Source: Lentisphaeria bacterium
Lineage (GTDB): Bacteria > Verrucomicrobiota > Lentisphaeria > Victivallales > JAADHT01
Direction: 5' to 3'
Assembly (NCBI GenBank): GCA_015486135.1
Contig: WFSE01000116.1
Location: forward strand, 772 to 64,771
DNA length: 64,000 nt
Part shown: piece by piece, positions 45,003 through 53,928 of the stretch
Layout: every line of letters starts with the position of its first letter
How positions within the stretch are numbered: position 1 is the stretch's first letter
Notes under the pieces: model-generated
What the model saw: only the letters and a program-made list of their open reading frames with translations
Told to the model about the DNA's origin: nothing
Database searches by the model: none
Translations under genes and position numbers: made by a program

Positions 45003-46529
45003 TCAGTATTCTTTTCTCAGGTGCGACGACGGGATGCCCATTTCCTCTCTGTATTTAGCGACGGTACGTCTAGCTACCGAGAGGCCTTCCTCTTTCAGCA
45101 TTTTTGCTATTTGGAGGTCCGATAGCGGTTTTTCGGGATTTTCCATAGCAATCATATTTCTGATTTTCTCCATTACTCCTCGGCTGGATATCTCGTCTCC
45201 ATCGCTGGACTGGTACCCTGTCGAGAAGAAAAATTTGAATGGTAGTAGGCCGCATGGTGTTTGCAGGTACTTGTTGGCAATGGCGCGGCTGACGGTGGTT
45301 TCGTGCAGGCCTAGTTTATCCGCCACTTGTTGCATTGTGAGCGGTTTGAGCCTGTCGACCCCCTCTTTGAAGAAGTCGTACTGCTCGTCCCGTATGACTT
45401 CTGCTATTCGAGCGATGGTGCTTTGTCTCTGCGAAATGCTTTTGATGAGGGCTTTTGAGTTCGCGAGTTTGGCTCGGATGTAGTCTTTCGTTTCTTTGGA
45501 GATGGCTGGGTCCTCGAGCAGGTTAAGGTAGTATTGGGACACTCTGAGTTTCGGAAGGTGGTCCGAATTCGCCTTGACTGTCAGAACGCCATCGTTGTCT
45601 TCCTCAATGGACACTTCGGGAACGATATACAAAGGTGCCGCCGAGGCCAGAGCTGATCCGGGATAGGGGGTCAAGGACTTCAATTCGTCGAGCAACTCGT
45701 GGAGTTGGTCCATAGAAATTCCCATTTTTTTAGCGACTCTGGGGAGTTTATTGGCGGCGACTTCGTCTAGATGGTTTCTAACAAGCTTGGCCAAATCGGA
45801 ACGTCCTTTTCCTTGCCGTTCCAGTTGTAGAAGCAGGCATTCCTTCAAATCGGACGCGCCTATTCCAGGTGGGTCGAAAGACTGCACTAGCTTGAGAGCT
45901 TTTTTGGTGTCCTCCAAGGATGATCCACCTACCGTGGCCAAATCCGCTAAGATGCTACGCAGGTATCCGGAGTCGTCAATACTCCCGATAATCAATTCGG
46001 CAAGACGCTTGGTCTTGTCGTCGGCATCGGCGAATCGCAATTGCTCCAGCAAAATTTCCTGTAGCGAGGGTTCCTCGGTAAGGGAGTCGAAGAGGAACTG
46101 GCGTTTTTGCATATCCTCGCTCGTGAAGCGTTCCGACGGGTTGAAAATTGGAGTTGATTCCCGCCACGATTCCGCCAGCCGCATAATTTCGGCGATTCCG
46201 TCGTCATCGCTGTTTTTACGTTCCGATTCGGTGTCGGCCAATTGCGATGCCTCGGTGTTGGCGAGAAGATCGCCAGCCAAGTCCTCGTTGCCTGGCGTTT
46301 CCTGTTCCAGCGTGGGGTTTTCCACCATCTCCGCGGATATTTTTGCTTGCAACTCCTGCAACGGAGCCAGCAACACCTCCAAAGATTGTATCTGTTGAGG
46401 CGCTAGAACCTGTTCCTGCCTCAGCGTTTGAGATTGGTTCAATCCTTGTTCCAAGAAAATCCCCTCATCGTTTGTCGGTACGCTATCCAAACCCGCGCGT
46501 ATCCCCGCATTGGGAGGGACCGCAACCAA
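45003..46529 (-). CDS. rpoN: RNA polymerase sigma-54 factor
   Basis: Gln-rich region I (QTLRQEQVLAPQQIQSLEVL) and RpoN box ARRTVAKYR. The true start may be the TTG near 46454 (GAGGG RBS). Confidence 0.9.
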   Translation of the reverse strand: MVAVPPNAGIRAGLDSVPTNDEGIFLEQGLNQSQTLRQEQVLAPQQIQSLEVLLAPLQELQAKISAEMVENPTLEQETPGNEDLAGDLLANTEASQLADTESERKNSDDDGIAEIMRLAESWRESTPIFNPSERFTSEDMQKRQFLFDSLTEEPSLQEILLEQLRFADADDKTKRLAELIIGSIDDSGYLRSILADLATVGGSSLEDTKKALKLVQSFDPPGIGASDLKECLLLQLERQGKGRSDLAKLVRNHLDEVAANKLPRVAKKMGISMDQLHELLDELKSLTPYPGSALASAAPLYIVPEVSIEEDNDGVLTVKANSDHLPKLRVSQYYLNLLEDPAISKETKDYIRAKLANSKALIKSISQRQSTIARIAEVIRDEQYDFFKEGVDRLKPLTMQQVADKLGLHETTVSRAIANKYLQTPCGLLPFKFFFSTGYQSSDGDEISSRGVMEKIRNMIAMENPEKPLSDLQIAKMLKEEGLSVARRTVAKYREEMGIPSSHLRKEY

Positions 46530-46604
46530 AGCAGAACAATAGCCTCCGTCAAGGTTGAAGTCAACCCGAGGGGTATCGGACTCGGACGATTTTGGCGATT
46601 TTAC

Positions 46605-46632
46605 TTGATTTTTCGTTTTTATTTGATATGCT
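46605..46632 (+). promoter_or_regulatory. candidate promoter of the orphan exbD paralog
   Basis: TTGATT (46605-46610), 16-nt T-rich spacer, TATGCT (46627-46632). Confidence 0.35.
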
Positions 46633-46669
46633 TGTTTTTAGCGGGTCGTAGGTAGCAACAAGGAGGTGA

Positions 46670-47122
46670 ATGATGCGTAGGAAGAGGTCAGGTGCTGAAG
46701 GGACGGCGGAAATTCCGTTATCGTCGATGATCGATGTGGTGTTTCTTTTGCTAGTGTATTTTATCGTCACGCAGAAGCCTATTGTGGAGGATGTGTTTTT
46801 GAAGGCTGACCTTCCCTCCGGGCCAGACCGTGCCCCCACCAACTTGCTAATGCCTCTTGTGGTGGATGTCCGCGCCGTTGATGGTGAGGGGCGTTACGGA
46901 TTTATGGGGAGCAGTATTGACGAGGAGAAGTTATTCGGGTACTTGCGCAAGGTGGCGAACGACGATCCCGAGCATACGGTGGTGGTGAATTGCGGTCCAA
47001 ACGCCAAGCATGACAAACTTGTACGGCTTCTCGATGCGTGCGCCGACGCGGGATTGAAAGGGTTGAACTTGGTCAATGACGCGGGAATTCCGTTCAAGGG
47101 GGGGCGTAGTCGGAGGCCGTGA
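46670..47122 (+). CDS. exbD: ExbD/TolR family biopolymer transport protein
   Basis: IPLSSMIDVVFLLLVYFIV is the ExbD/TolR TM signature. RBS AAGGAGG. Confidence 0.8.
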   Translation: MMRRKRSGAEGTAEIPLSSMIDVVFLLLVYFIVTQKPIVEDVFLKADLPSGPDRAPTNLLMPLVVDVRAVDGEGRYGFMGSSIDEEKLFGYLRKVANDDPEHTVVVNCGPNAKHDKLVRLLDACADAGLKGLNLVNDAGIPFKGGRSRRP

Positions 47123-47127
47123 AGCCC

Positions 47128-47715
47128 TCAGTGTGTTTTTCCCCGCGGGAGCACGAATATTTTAATGATACCAGAACGCGCCGATATGGATCTTAGATTT
47201 AGTGTGGCGAAAACAAGGAATGCTGTTGGTTTTTTAACATCGAGCAGGCGGATGAAAGGGAGCAACTTATCCACCAGGACGGCATTTCGGGGTTGGAGCT
47301 CCAGCGTCATTCTTTTGGGTTTTTTTCCGACATCTGGAATTAACGGGGTGAATTTTCGCAATGGAGGCGGGGCTTGTTCGCCTTCTTTCATTTTGTAGAA
47401 ATAGAGTCTCAGGTTGTCCGGGGAGCGTTCCAGCCATTCGTAAACGACGAGAGGTTTGGAGTCGACGTTGTGGAGTCTGAAAGTTAATTTGGCAAAATCC
47501 CCAGCGGTGAAATAACGTTCCAAGGAGATGCACTCCAAGTTCGCTTTGTAGTCTTTTATTTTCGGGAAGTATATCTTGTCGAACTGCTCTATCGGCTTTT
47601 TTGTCAATATTACATGTTTTTTATGTTCTTTTGCAAAGGAGGGAATTGCCGCCACGCATAACGCCGCGGAAAAAAGAGTGAGGACGGCTGGCTTTAGTTT
47701 TAATATATTTTTCAT
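47128..47715 (-). CDS. hypothetical secreted protein
   Basis: Signal peptide MKNILKLKPAVLTLFSAALCVAAIPSFA. ATGA overlap with the upstream methyltransferase gene. Confidence 0.45.
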   Translation of the reverse strand: MKNILKLKPAVLTLFSAALCVAAIPSFAKEHKKHVILTKKPIEQFDKIYFPKIKDYKANLECISLERYFTAGDFAKLTFRLHNVDSKPLVVYEWLERSPDNLRLYFYKMKEGEQAPPPLRKFTPLIPDVGKKPKRMTLELQPRNAVLVDKLLPFIRLLDVKKPTAFLVFATLNLRSISARSGIIKIFVLPRGKTH

Positions 47716-48308
47716 GAACGCTCTCCGAGCATCTTCCGTTGTCTCACTACTTCGAACAAAACCACTCCCGCTGAGACCGAGGCGTTGAGGCATTCGACTT
47801 TTCCGCTCATGGGGATGGATGCCAACGCACCGCAACGTTCGGATGTCAATCGCCTCATACCATTGGCCTCCGAGCCAATCACAATAGCCGTTGGTCCTGT
47901 CAAGTCAAAGTCATACAGCGATTTGGTCGCCTTATCGGAGGTGCCAAGTATAAAGACTCCTTGGTGCGTTATTTTCTCCAGAGTCCTTGGGATGTTCACG
48001 ACTTGCACGAAGACTACGTTTTCCGCACCTCCGCAGGCGATTTTTCGAACTGTTGGGGTTATGGAGGCGGCTCTGTTTTTAGGGACGACAACGGCATTCA
48101 CTCCCGCGGCGTCCGCAACTCGCAGGCACGCGCCTAGATTATGCGGGTCCTGTATACCGTCCAAAACCAGTAGCAAAGGTTTTTCCACCGTCTCGAGGAT
48201 GGAGTCCAGTTTCTCTTCCGGGAACACCGCGACTACTTTGGAGAGGTCGAAGTGCCTGTTAGCGCGTCCTCTGGCCATTTTTCGGCGTTTGTCTGCGCTG
48301 GAAGTCAT
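47712..48308 (-). CDS. SpoU/TrmH family RNA 2-prime-O-methyltransferase
   Basis: DGIQDPHNLGACLRVADAAG, IVIGSEANGM and LNASVSAGVVLFE are the three SpoU motifs. Confidence 0.8.
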   Translation of the reverse strand: MTSSADKRRKMARGRANRHFDLSKVVAVFPEEKLDSILETVEKPLLLVLDGIQDPHNLGACLRVADAAGVNAVVVPKNRAASITPTVRKIACGGAENVVFVQVVNIPRTLEKITHQGVFILGTSDKATKSLYDFDLTGPTAIVIGSEANGMRRLTSERCGALASIPMSGKVECLNASVSAGVVLFEVVRQRKMLGERS

Positions 48309-50068
48309 TTTTTTCTTTTAACCATTATGGTCAGGCCGAGCTGGCCCTTATTGTTTTTTCTGGGTTTCCCTTCCCTCTCGTTGATGTCGAAGAAAAGAGG
48401 GCCTCCCTTGCGGACGGAGAGTTTGATGGTTTGCTTTGAGATATAGCGTATGGTGGCGTGTTCATCCTTTCCTATTCTCATCAAGAGAGCGCCATATGGG
48501 TAGCTTTGGGTTTTTCTCAAGTCCTTGGAAGCGTCGGCGTAATATTGGTAGTGAGCGGTATCGTTTGGAATTCCCCTGGGACCACATTTACCCTTGGTGC
48601 TTCTAACGCAACACCAGCGGCCTTTAACTTGGATTATCACCTTGTCTCCCGGGGCGAGGGCAATCCGTGTGTCGGTCCATTCAGGCGCATTTGCCGCTAT
48701 ATTCCGCTTATACACCTCGAAAGACGGATCCTTTTCCAAAGAGGCTTTGATAACGGCACCCTGTTTGGCCATGTATTTTGGGAAAATCTTGGGAATGTAT
48801 CCCAGCATGGTGAGTTTTATGGCGCAACCACCTTCCGGGACCAGGACTTTGCACGGTGTGGCGACGTTTTTTTTCTTCATGATGAGCGGTTTTCCGTCGA
48901 CATACACTTTCGCCCCCGCTGGATGGGAATATATCTCGATGGGCACTTTTTTGACGTTCTTTTTAGGCGCGGCGGCACCAGCCCCACCATTCTCCGAGTC
49001 GTAGCAGTTGGCTCCGAAAGCCTTTTTCAGCTCGTTTTCTGGCAAACTTACTTGTAGGACAAAGCCTCGTTTCAGGGGAAAGTCTGATTCGGAGGGTTGC
49101 GGTTTGTCAGTCCTGAAAATAAGCTTCCAAGAGTTGTGCGGGGAGGGCCATTCCATTACCGCCACTCCTCCATATCCTGAGATTCGTTTAAGTCTGTACG
49201 CGAAGGCGGGGTTGTGAGGCAAAGGCTTTATCACTTCGTATTTGAGGGTTGAGTCCTCGTTGGCTAGCGCCGAGAACTGAGTCCACTCGAAAGTGTCGGA
49301 TTTGTCTCCCAGTGCCAATTCGACGACATCCATTCCCATCATATTCCCCGTCCATTTTCCAACTGGGACCCAATGGCTTCCAGAACCCTTTGAGGCGATG
49401 ATAGGGTTGAGTTGTTTCCTTTTGGCTTCTTGATCCTGAGTCACGCCAAGTTCGGCGAGTTCGTCCGGTGTGGCGGCGTTGGTTTGTTGTTCTGGAGGGG
49501 GTTTTGGGAGCTCGATATTGGATGTCAGGAACTCCAGGAATCGTTTATTTATCTCTTTTTCCGATGGTGCGTTGTCCTCGCATAGCGTTTTGTAAATTTC
49601 GGCGAACTTCTTGCGGTATTGGGTTTTCAACTCTTTGGCGCGTTGTTTAGCCTTTTCCAATATAGCATCTTTCTCTTTGGCGCAAGCCGCCACCTCCTCT
49701 CTGAGTTCTTTCCGGATTTTCTTCGGGAAGGTGAATTCGTGCTTTTCCTTGAGTTCTTCCAACGCTTTCGAATAAATTGAGATAGCTTTTTTAGCAACAG
49801 CCATGCCTTTTATATTGCCTCGCTTTCTCATTTCGGCGCGGTTCTTTTGGGCGGCGGCGATGCGGGCATTGAGCATGGCTTCGAGTTTTTTATCGAATGG
49901 AGCGAACAATTCCTCTTTTTTTTGTCGATAATGTTGCTGGAGCGTGTAGAGCTCGTCCGTGTTCAGGCTGGGCTCGGTGGAGGTTGGCTCGGTTTTAGAG
50001 GTATCCTGCGAGAGAAGCGTTCCGCATGTTATCGAAGCTAGGATGAACATAAGACATCGTAATAACAT
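48305..50068 (-). CDS. secreted protein with coiled-coil N-terminal part, PEGA-like domain and C-terminal beta-rich domain
   Basis: The ATG at 50066-50068 follows GGAGGA. Signal MLLRCLMFILASITCG. IYSHPAGAKVYVDGKPL...TPCKVLVPEGGCAIKLTMLGY resembles PEGA. Confidence 0.5.
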   Translation of the reverse strand: MLLRCLMFILASITCGTLLSQDTSKTEPTSTEPSLNTDELYTLQQHYRQKKEELFAPFDKKLEAMLNARIAAAQKNRAEMRKRGNIKGMAVAKKAISIYSKALEELKEKHEFTFPKKIRKELREEVAACAKEKDAILEKAKQRAKELKTQYRKKFAEIYKTLCEDNAPSEKEINKRFLEFLTSNIELPKPPPEQQTNAATPDELAELGVTQDQEAKRKQLNPIIASKGSGSHWVPVGKWTGNMMGMDVVELALGDKSDTFEWTQFSALANEDSTLKYEVIKPLPHNPAFAYRLKRISGYGGVAVMEWPSPHNSWKLIFRTDKPQPSESDFPLKRGFVLQVSLPENELKKAFGANCYDSENGGAGAAAPKKNVKKVPIEIYSHPAGAKVYVDGKPLIMKKKNVATPCKVLVPEGGCAIKLTMLGYIPKIFPKYMAKQGAVIKASLEKDPSFEVYKRNIAANAPEWTDTRIALAPGDKVIIQVKGRWCCVRSTKGKCGPRGIPNDTAHYQYYADASKDLRKTQSYPYGALLMRIGKDEHATIRYISKQTIKLSVRKGGPLFFDINEREGKPRKNNKGQLGLTIMVKRKK

Positions 50069-50090
50069 AGTGGATCCTCCAAGTGAAGAT

Positions 50091-50654
50091 TCAATTATTT
50101 TTTTGGGGCACGGATCGTTTTTGTTTAGGGGGTTTAACCACCAATGACCCTTTTTTATCGTCCCATATGTACGCCTTGTCCGTGCGGATTTCCTGCTCCC
50201 AAACAATTTCACCGTCCTCGTATGCCCGTATTATCATTCTAGGTTCCGTTATGGGATACTTGGCGTGAAAGGCGAATTGTCCGTAAATTATTCTCAAGCG
50301 TTCGCGGCTAGTGGGTACCCTGAAGTTGACATAGTTGTCTAAATCCTCGACCAGTTTCACATCCCTACGCGTGTATTTGAACTTTGCCGGCTCGTGTATT
50401 TTATGGTATTTATTGCCCCTCGAGTCTTCGAAAGGGAAATCCTGGTGGTACACGACAATGTATTCAATTTTATCGAATTTCTTGGTTTCTCCCGGAAGCA
50501 TATGGACGGTGAATATGGTTTTCCCGGTTCCTTCCTCTTCCCGAACGATATTGAGTTCGAGTATTTTGTAAGGAGCTGCCGTGGCGGCAATACACACCAA
50601 GGTTGCCACTGCGGTCAAAACGAAAGTTTTAATAGAATGAAGCATAATCGTCAA
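50091..50654 (-). CDS. hypothetical secreted protein
   Basis: N-terminal signal (FVLTAVATLVCIAATAAP). 4-nt overlap with the vWA gene. Confidence 0.45.
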   Translation of the reverse strand: MTIMLHSIKTFVLTAVATLVCIAATAAPYKILELNIVREEEGTGKTIFTVHMLPGETKKFDKIEYIVVYHQDFPFEDSRGNKYHKIHEPAKFKYTRRDVKLVEDLDNYVNFRVPTSRERLRIIYGQFAFHAKYPITEPRMIIRAYEDGEIVWEQEIRTDKAYIWDDKKGSLVVKPPKQKRSVPQKNN

Positions 50655-52108
50655 CGAGCCTTTAGTGTTTGAACTCTCCTATACTTACCCTTGTATTCTT
50701 TCGCCAACGCTTTGAGGAATTTATTGCCGGCCCGGTCAATTTTGTATCCAATACAATGAATTACCGGACGTTTCTTTCCTTTTTTGAGGTAGTAGTGCTC
50801 GTGCAGCAATTTTAGGTGCTTTAAGAACTCCGCCAGTGTCCAGTATCTTGGCTTGGGTGGCTTAATAGGGCAAGTTGGCCTACGCCGTCCACCATGTCCA
50901 CCCGAAGAGGAAGAGCTTCGCCATTCATAATGCCCTGGAACCGCCGGGGTGCCTTGATCCGGAGGCTCTCCCTCCCGGGGAGGACCTTTCCTTGGTGGCC
51001 GCCCCTTTTTCGGGGGAATCCATACCTTGACCATTTTAGGAGGGGTCGAAGGGGCGGAGGATTGCGACTCCTCCCATGCCTTTATCTTTGCGGAGTTTGC
51101 CTTTTCCCACTCCCTCTTTTTGTTGGAATACGCCCTCATTTCGTCGGGTGTCACTCCCCTTAGAACCATAGGCGCGCCATCGCTGATAATCAATATTGTG
51201 TCGGCGCCCTGCTGGAAGGCCGCGGTCAACGCCAAGTCGAGTCGCGTCGTACCACCTTGGGCGCGCAAGCCCTTTCCATCGGAATGAATGTTCCCCGTGG
51301 CGCACCCCCAGTTTCCTTCCGTATTGAAAGGGCGCAGGTAATTTTTCGCTTCCTTTTTGTTCTTCGTGTTAGCTATAACCAGCGAATGGAAACACGCATC
51401 CGCAGCGTCACCGAAGACAATAACATTGAACAGGGCCCCTTCGTTTAACGCGTCCACCACTCTGTTTATGCGATTTTTAACCCGCATGTATCCAGCCACA
51501 CCTCCCTTCTCCTCCTCGACCATACTGACCGAGACATCCACGAGGATGGCGATTCTATCGCTTTTACCGCGTATTCCAAAGAAGTTGAATTTATTGACAC
51601 CCTGTCCAAAACCTCCGAGCCCGTAACCATTGCCAAGGCCGACTCCCACGCCTTTTCCGGAGACCGATTTGAATTTAGGTTGGAAGCTGGTGTTTATGAC
51701 TTTAGGGTCGACTTGGATGTTAGGTAGCGTCATGTTCGTCTTTTTCATAGCCACCAATCTGGGGACTATCGTCGGACGGCTGGAGCTTCGCTGTCTTTTT
51801 TGAATCTTGACTTTGTGCTCGAGCTTTCTCGGCTCGTACCGTCTTTTTGGAGGGGGAGGAGCCACGAATACGGTTTTCTCCTCCACTTGCATGTTCATCA
51901 TGACATATCCGCCGAACACTGCGAGGGAAACAACGAGTCCTATTCCTCCGGTCATGAAAGAGACGGAAAGCAGTCGGCGTCGTTGCTGGGCCATTTTGAT
52001 GGAGCCAAGCTCCGCCAAAGATCTTGGATCGGCCTCCGTTTGTGGAGCCGCCATCAATGCGGGCTCTTCTTCATCCGCAACAATAGTGTTTTCTGGTTCT
52101 TCATTCAT
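50651..52108 (-). CDS. membrane-anchored von Willebrand factor A domain protein with Pro-rich segments
   Basis: Single TM (GGIGLVVSLAVFGGYVMM) followed by PPPPKRRYEP. MIDAS DVSVS, then GGTTRL and IISDGAP. Pro/Lys/Arg-rich insertion PPKKGRPPRKGPPREGEPP. Confidence 0.7.
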   Translation of the reverse strand: MNEEPENTIVADEEEPALMAAPQTEADPRSLAELGSIKMAQQRRRLLSVSFMTGGIGLVVSLAVFGGYVMMNMQVEEKTVFVAPPPPKRRYEPRKLEHKVKIQKRQRSSSRPTIVPRLVAMKKTNMTLPNIQVDPKVINTSFQPKFKSVSGKGVGVGLGNGYGLGGFGQGVNKFNFFGIRGKSDRIAILVDVSVSMVEEEKGGVAGYMRVKNRINRVVDALNEGALFNVIVFGDAADACFHSLVIANTKNKKEAKNYLRPFNTEGNWGCATGNIHSDGKGLRAQGGTTRLDLALTAAFQQGADTILIISDGAPMVLRGVTPDEMRAYSNKKREWEKANSAKIKAWEESQSSAPSTPPKMVKVWIPPKKGRPPRKGPPREGEPPDQGTPAVPGHYEWRSSSSSGGHGGRRRPTCPIKPPKPRYWTLAEFLKHLKLLHEHYYLKKGKKRPVIHCIGYKIDRAGNKFLKALAKEYKGKYRRVQTLKAR

Positions 52109-52120
52109 AGTCGCACCTCC

Positions 52121-52564
52121 TCAGCTACCCCCTTCGGCACCAGAGAACGTAATGTTCTTAATATGCGCCGCCGCGCAGGCGTTCATAACATCTATAACTC
52201 TTTGCTGTTTCGTGTCGTCGCTAGCGCTGATAGTGATCAACGCCTTGGTTTTAGCGGCGTCGCAGGCGGCCTTGTATCTTCGCAGCGTGTCGGTAAGCGT
52301 TGGTAATTCGGTGCTGGCAAAGGAATCATACTCCCTGCTATTCAGGTAAATCCTGCCATTGGCCTTAATCTCTATAATCTGCTCGTCCGGCATGTCCACG
52401 CTTTCTGCCTGGGCCACCATTCCTGGCAACTGTAGTCCCAAGTCGCCCTCGGACTTGACCAAACTACAGGATACCATAAAAAAGACCAGCAGGAGGAACA
52501 CCAAGTCGATAAGAGGCGCAACGTCCAATTCCGGCTCGTCCATTTGCGGCATATTCAATTTCAT
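52121..52564 (-). CDS. exbD: ExbD/TolR family protein
   Basis: LDVAPLIDLVFLLLVFFMV signature. Confidence 0.8.
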   Translation of the reverse strand: MKLNMPQMDEPELDVAPLIDLVFLLLVFFMVSCSLVKSEGDLGLQLPGMVAQAESVDMPDEQIIEIKANGRIYLNSREYDSFASTELPTLTDTLRRYKAACDAAKTKALITISASDDTKQQRVIDVMNACAAAHIKNITFSGAEGGS

Positions 52565-52603
52565 TTCAACACCTCGTTGGCATCACGCCATAGCCATATC
52601 GGG

Positions 52604-53017
52604 TTATTTTTCCTTTTTGACAAACACCCCGAAGATAAAGTCGCTGACACCGGCTTTAGCCATCGCCGCCATTACCTTTCTGACATATTTGTGCTTGGTG
52701 TCCTTGTCCGCTCTTAGGTACACCTTCGTTTTTGGGTCGGCCTTGAGTCTGTCCCTGACATGTTGTTCCAGGTTTTTGAGTTCGATTGGTCGGTCACCCT
52801 CGAACAAGGAGCCGTCGGGTTTAATATTCACAATCCAGCGATTGGCCCGGTTTTTCGGGACGACCGCTTTGGTTGCCTCGGGAATTTTCAACGGAATATT
52901 CTGCCGTTGTGACATCCTGGATGCCATCATAAAAAAGACCAACAGAAGGAACACCATGTCAATCATGGGCGCCATCTGAAAGCTGGCGTCGTCTCCGCCA
53001 CCCAAATCAATTTTCAT
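52604..53017 (-). CDS. exbD: ExbD/TolR family protein
   Basis: FQMAPMIDMVFLLLVFFMM signature. The ATG at 53017 follows GAGGAG. Confidence 0.8.
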   Translation of the reverse strand: MKIDLGGGDDASFQMAPMIDMVFLLLVFFMMASRMSQRQNIPLKIPEATKAVVPKNRANRWIVNIKPDGSLFEGDRPIELKNLEQHVRDRLKADPKTKVYLRADKDTKHKYVRKVMAAMAKAGVSDFIFGVFVKKEK

Positions 53018-53065
53018 GACACAGCACTCCTCTAGTGGCAATCATATAGTGCCAACCCGTAAGAT

Positions 53066-53866
53066 TCAAGCCTCTATTTCCTCTTGTTCGGCGCTTTCGC
53101 TTCTTCTGCTAGCAGAGACAAGCGCATGACTCAAGTTCCCCAGCATTCTCGCCAGCTTGGATACGTTGCTGAGATATTTGCCTTTCAAGAAGAAATAAAA
53201 GAACATCGCCGGGATACCGATTATCAAGCCCGCGGCTGTCGTTACCATTGCTTCACCGATGTCCCCGGCCAGCAATTCGGGTTTTCCCATTCCGCCTTGG
53301 CTGATCTTTCCGAAAGCTTTGATCATACCGCTAACCGTACCCAACAGTCCGAGCATCGGTGCGATTTGCGCGATGATTGAAAGGTAGTTGATTGGTTTCA
53401 ATCCGGCGGAAGTCTCTTCCACGGAGGCCTCTTCCATTGCTTTTTCCATGGACTCAACGTCCAAATAGCCGTCTGACAATCGCTGTATCCCCGAAAGCAT
53501 TATATTCGTCAAAAGGCAAGGATTGCCGGCGCATATATTGGACGCCTCTTGTATGTTGAGCGCTTCCAAGGAGTTTTGAATGTTGGGAATTACCTGGGGA
53601 TTGAGCATCTTTTTTTCCTGCGTGGCTAAAAATCCATAGATGGTCAAGGCTATGGTTGCCACGGCGAGCAATCCCAGCGGGAACATGGTGGCTCCCCCTT
53701 GCTTGATCAGGGTCCATAATGTGGTCTTTGGCGCCAAAGTCTGTTTTTCCGTTTTCGTGACAGTCTGCGCGCCCCCGGCCGCCGCATCCTGAGCCTGTAG
53801 CGTCAGGTAACAGCAATAGGAAATCATGAGAATAAAACCCATCGCCAGAATTCTGCGTGTCGACAT
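53066..53866 (-). CDS. exbB: MotA/TolQ/ExbB proton-channel family protein
   Basis: IAPMLGLLGTVSGMI and GEAMVTTAAGLIIGIPAMFFY motifs. Confidence 0.85.
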   Translation of the reverse strand: MSTRRILAMGFILMISYCCYLTLQAQDAAAGGAQTVTKTEKQTLAPKTTLWTLIKQGGATMFPLGLLAVATIALTIYGFLATQEKKMLNPQVIPNIQNSLEALNIQEASNICAGNPCLLTNIMLSGIQRLSDGYLDVESMEKAMEEASVEETSAGLKPINYLSIIAQIAPMLGLLGTVSGMIKAFGKISQGGMGKPELLAGDIGEAMVTTAAGLIIGIPAMFFYFFLKGKYLSNVSKLARMLGNLSHALVSASRRSESAEQEEIEA

Positions 53867-53928
53867 AACTTTTCTCCTTCCTTTTGGATTATAGACCTAT
53901 TTCCCGCACTCCCAGTTCGGCATCAAAT

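Noticed and set aside
53031-53058. Sigma-54-like TGGCAC...TTGC on the minus strand between exbB and exbD (of interest because rpoN is present)
   Set aside because: The spacing between TGGCAC and TTGC is 7 nt instead of the strict 5 nt (GG to GC is 14 rather than 12). It also lies inside an operon junction.
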